A DNA stretch of 64,000 nt from an uncultured bacterium (lineage in GTDB: Bacteria > Acidobacteriota > HRBIN11 > JAKEFK01). A program made the position numbers and the translations under genes. The first letter of the stretch is position 1; each line of letters begins with the position of its first letter. The notes below the pieces were generated by a model. That model made no database searches. It saw nothing but the letters and a program-made list of their open reading frames with translations, and had not been told where the DNA came from. The stretch covers positions 640,001 through 704,000 of the forward strand of contig CAVZQN010000001.1 in NCBI GenBank assembly GCA_963777505.1, in the 5' to 3' direction. Below, in pieces: positions 61,107 to 64,000 of this stretch.

Positions 61107-62378
61107 TTAACGACGGGAGGCTCCCGCCGCGCGGGCCGGATCCGGGTTCAGCCGATCGAGACCCACTCGCCCATTGCTGATCACGAGCAGTGGGTCTTGC
61201 ACGGTGGTAATGTCCTCGAGCGGGTTCTTTTCGATAGCGATGAGGTCTGCCTCGTACCCGGCTTCAACCAACCCGATCGACTTTTCCAACTGCAGCATTT
61301 CAGCAGCACGGATCGTCACCGCCTGAATGGACTCGAGCGGTGTAAAACCCAATTCGACAAAATACGTCATCTCTTGCCCGATGCGGATAAGACTGTTTGG
61401 CTCGTAATTTGTGTCCGTGGCAGCGACTATTCTTGTCCCGATCCTGTGCGCGCGCTGTAGCATGTCGCGTGTCCGCGGTAGCATATGCTGTCCTCGGATG
61501 CGGAGTGCCGCCGAGTCGAAGGCGCCGCCGGCATCGCGCACGTCGATTATCACTCCGTAGGTGGCAACCAGATATACACCCTGCACCTTCATGAGCTCTA
61601 GTGTGGCGTCTGACAGGTACGTGCCGTGCTCGATACTGCGCGCGCCCGCCCTGATCGCCGCTACTGCGCCTTCATCTCCGTGTGCGTGGGCCTGAACCGG
61701 CACGTTCTTGGTGGCGGCTTCCTGGACGATTGCGCGAATTTCGTCCTCGGTGTAGACCTGTTTACGGGGATCGGTGTCGGCTGTGGCAGCGCGCTCCGTG
61801 GCATGAACCTTGATCCAGTCGACGCCGTGCGAGAGATTCATCCGGACCGCCCGTCGTATGCGGTCGATTGTCGTGACGCCGGCCATCAAATCCCAGTACT
61901 GGGGATCGGATAAGAAAGCTTCGTTCGCGAGCTGTGGACGCACATGGTAGCCGGCGGCGAGGACGTCTGGACCGGCTAATGCGCCCGTCTTCACGAGCTC
62001 GCGGAAGCCGACGTCGGTGTAATTAGACACGCCACCACTACGCGCCGTAGTCACGCCCGATTCGAGTGCGCGCCGGAACGCCTCCAGGTTCGCTGCGTGC
62101 ATGTGCGCGTCGATGAGCCCGGGCAATACATACTTCCCTTTTAGATCGACCCTCTTTGTATCGGCTGGTGGCGGATTCGAGCCGATCGATTCGATCTTTC
62201 CGTTGCGCAGGACGATCGTCGCGCTTGCGGTAATGCGACCGCTGCGAACGTCGACGATGCTCGCATTCATCAACGCGAGAGGGTCATCTGAGTTTGTCGT
62301 TAGTACCTGTGCCGTCGCGCCAACAGAAAGGCAGATAGCGGCAACGAGGCAGAGAGCAGTCACTATGAGTGGTCGCAT
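61107..62378 (-). CDS. Cassette-encoded amidohydrolase (prolidase-like) with signal peptide
   Basis: PGLIDAHMH, WIK, AHAHG, SIEHG, ATD, GYEADL; GGAGG RBS; GC-rich. Confidence 0.9.
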   Translation of the reverse strand: MRPLIVTALCLVAAICLSVGATAQVLTTNSDDPLALMNASIVDVRSGRITASATIVLRNGKIESIGSNPPPADTKRVDLKGKYVLPGLIDAHMHAANLEAFRRALESGVTTARSGGVSNYTDVGFRELVKTGALAGPDVLAAGYHVRPQLANEAFLSDPQYWDLMAGVTTIDRIRRAVRMNLSHGVDWIKVHATERAATADTDPRKQVYTEDEIRAIVQEAATKNVPVQAHAHGDEGAVAAIRAGARSIEHGTYLSDATLELMKVQGVYLVATYGVIIDVRDAGGAFDSAALRIRGQHMLPRTRDMLQRAHRIGTRIVAATDTNYEPNSLIRIGQEMTYFVELGFTPLESIQAVTIRAAEMLQLEKSIGLVEAGYEADLIAIEKNPLEDITTVQDPLLVISNGRVGLDRLNPDPARAAGASRR

Positions 62379-62422
62379 GAAAATACCTCCTCCGGACAGA
62401 ACCCTAGCGTCGTTGGGCGTCC

Positions 62423-62498
62423 GGCTAACTACGCATTATACGGCAACATGGCGTATAACACGCCTTTGGAGCGTATTAGACGCCAAATTGGCGTCTAA
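62423..62498 (-). other. attI-like recombination site with two 24-bp palindromic direct repeats
   Basis: Minus strand CGTATAAT-GCGTA-GTTAGCC simple-site geometry; repeats at 62435-62458 and 62475-62498. Confidence 0.6.
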
Positions 62499-62541
62499 TT
62501 CCATTATGGACGGAAGAGGAGACAACACCAAGAACCGTTCA

Positions 62542-63114
62542 CTATTTTGCAGTTTGGCTAATTTCGCGCGACAACCATGCGCGCGCGGCAGCCCAATGAC
62601 GATCCACATTTCGTGGAGAGATTGACATTGCTAGCGCCGTTTCTTTTACAGTCAAGCCTGCAAAGCATCGCAATTTCACAACATCAGCCATTTGCATATC
62701 TTGTTCTTGAAGTTTCGTTAAAGCACGGTCAAATGAAAGAAGAAGATCAGGATTCGATTGCACTGCGGCCATATCATCAGTCAATGTGATTCTTCTTTGA
62801 TTCCCCGCGCGTTTCAGACTGGCTCTCCGGCGCGCGTTATCAACAAGAATTTGACGCATAGCTTCGGCTGCAACTGCAAAAAAATGTCTACGATTTTCCC
62901 AGCGCGGTTGTTCAGATTGAAGCAGCCGCAGATAAACTTCATGAACCAACGCTGTCGCTTGAAGTGTTTGCCCTGGTTGTTTGGCCATCTGAGCCCGGGC
63001 CATTTTACGGAGTTGTTCGTAAACTAACGGAAATAATTCCTGAACAGCTTCCTTATCCCCCAAGCTGATGGATTCGAGGATTTGAGTAATCTGGTTACTC
63101 GATGGTTCCGTCAT
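62542..63114 (-). CDS. ECF sigma factor, TIGR02999-type (kinase-associated)
   Basis: LFPLVYEQLR, TLQATALVHEVYLRL, HFFAVAAEAMRQILVD, ARAWL. Confidence 0.92.
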   Translation of the reverse strand: MTEPSSNQITQILESISLGDKEAVQELFPLVYEQLRKMARAQMAKQPGQTLQATALVHEVYLRLLQSEQPRWENRRHFFAVAAEAMRQILVDNARRRASLKRAGNQRRITLTDDMAAVQSNPDLLLSFDRALTKLQEQDMQMADVVKLRCFAGLTVKETALAMSISPRNVDRHWAAARAWLSREISQTAK

Positions 63115-63153
63115 TCTGAAAAATCTAATCCGCGTTCATCTTATCATGCGATC

Positions 63154-63237
63154 ATTAACCACGGAGTCACGGAGGGCACGGAGATAAGATACATAATTTT
63201 TTATAAGCTCCGTGTGCTCCGTGACTCCGTGGTTAAT
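63154..63237. repeat. Complete nonamer-repeat hairpin (CACGGAG-type units)
   Basis: ATTAACCACGGAGTCACGGAGGGCACGGAG ... CTCCGTGTGCTCCGTGACTCCGTGGTTAAT. Confidence 0.85.
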
Positions 63238-63240
63238 CCG

Positions 63241-64000
63241 TTATTGCACGACGGCAACACGTTGCAATTGTTTGGAGAATTCGCGGAGTTCTTTTTGGTA
63301 GGCTTTCATCTCTTCGGGATCAAGCAATCCGTTAGCAAAATATGTGTCAGCAAGATAATGCACTTTGCCGGCATCTTCTTTTAATTCCAACGTATAAGTG
63401 ATGTAGTTACCGGTTTGTGATTTCTTAAATGGCGCCGTAATCAGTTTATGCCCTCCAAGATCAACCGAAGATTCAGCAACAATCCGTTCGGGATCTCCAA
63501 GCGAATAATATTGATCAGGCTGAGGATCGTACGCGAGACCATCAAGCGGTGAATAATTTAATGCGTTAAGCAGCAACATCTGATATGCATTGGCACGGTA
63601 TACCGGAACGCTGTAGCCAATCGATAGCGTGCGATCGCTTTCCACTTTGGTTTCCATTTTCCGAACAGGTAAACCGCTGCGGATTACGGTGTTATAAACA
63701 TAGTGTTTCACCATATTTTTCATCAAAGCATTTTTCATGACTTCTACAAGCTGAGTTGTTTGACCTGAAGTTTCCATTCGGCCCTGGAATTTCACTTCCT
63801 GTTCATTGAATGACCCTGAAAGCGAAAGTTTCGTAACATTTGAATTCAGAAAATCACGCGGAATTTCGATGAGCTTGTTTGGACCTACAACAAGAGCTTG
63901 CTTGCCTTGAATGACTGCCGGTACTTCACCAAGTCTGAAATTCTTGACAGTGCTATCGACCCAGGTTCCGTTTCGAACCCCCGGAAGATAGGCAATGCAG
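63241..64000 (-). CDS. C-terminal part of a transglutaminase-like (DUF3857-type) protein, truncated by window edge
   Basis: Frame is open to the window end; CIAYLP...WVDST motif near 63950-63999. Confidence 0.6.
   Translation of the reverse strand, partial: CIAYLPGVRNGTWVDSTVKNFRLGEVPAVIQGKQALVVGPNKLIEIPRDFLNSNVTKLSLSGSFNEQEVKFQGRMETSGQTTQLVEVMKNALMKNMVKHYVYNTVIRSGLPVRKMETKVESDRTLSIGYSVPVYRANAYQMLLLNALNYSPLDGLAYDPQPDQYYSLGDPERIVAESSVDLGGHKLITAPFKKSQTGNYITYTLELKEDAGKVHYLADTYFANGLLDPEEMKAYQKELREFSKQLQRVAVVQ

Larger units (their letters stand above)
56939..62498 (-). mobile_element. Integron-type gene cassette array lacking an integrase gene (CALIN-like), with attI-like head
   Basis: Five co-oriented genes separated by four attC-like imperfect palindromes; for three cassettes the start core is complementary to their own R'' box; mixed GC content. 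Confidence 0.85.

Noticed and set aside
62430-62512. Chromosomal dif site
   Set aside because: Partial resemblance to Xer arms, but no 11-6-11 layout with a TTATGTTAAAT-like XerD arm; cassette context favours an attI-like site.

Overview
Bacterial chromosomal window with an AT-leaning backbone. The protein families (many Ser/Thr kinases with TPR or PD40 repeats, a TIGR02999-type ECF sigma factor, a choice-of-anchor B protein) suggest Acidobacteriota or a similar lineage; this is inference. Most of 1-54.5 kb is housekeeping and signalling: a sigma70/histidine kinase/NarL operon, mlaEFD-upxY-wzm, icd-mdh-sucC-sucD-ndk, rpsU, thiolase/DUF35, dgt-moaDE-small membrane protein-M1 peptidase, a TPR/substrate-binding protein plus TonB receptor, ptrB, recG, a sigma54 activator, dcd, hutU/hutH, purA and bioY. 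The intergenic DNA holds several repeat families (REP-like palindromes, 7/8/9-nt periodic repeats, a MITE-like hairpin), and a four-helix-bundle gene relic flanked by inverted heptamer arrays lies between sucC and sucD. The most interesting part is 56.9-62.5 kb, an integron-type cassette array with no integrase gene in the window. It has (i) an attI-like head built from two 24-bp palindromes, (ii) two ~180-bp attC sites that share an embedded promoter/operator-like motif, and (iii) an IS110/IS1111 element inserted exactly at the AAC of an attC, whose non-coding end carries short copies of target and donor junction sequences (candidate bridge/seek RNA guides). Other leads: a TonB-dependent receptor with a CxxCH heme-c motif, a duplicated ptrB 3' end bracketing a kinase gene, and about ten genes with a -10 box 6-9 nt before the ATG (probably leaderless). 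Single-base frameshifts in conserved genes (sucC, purA) point to indel errors in the assembly. No rRNA, tRNA or CRISPR array was recognised.
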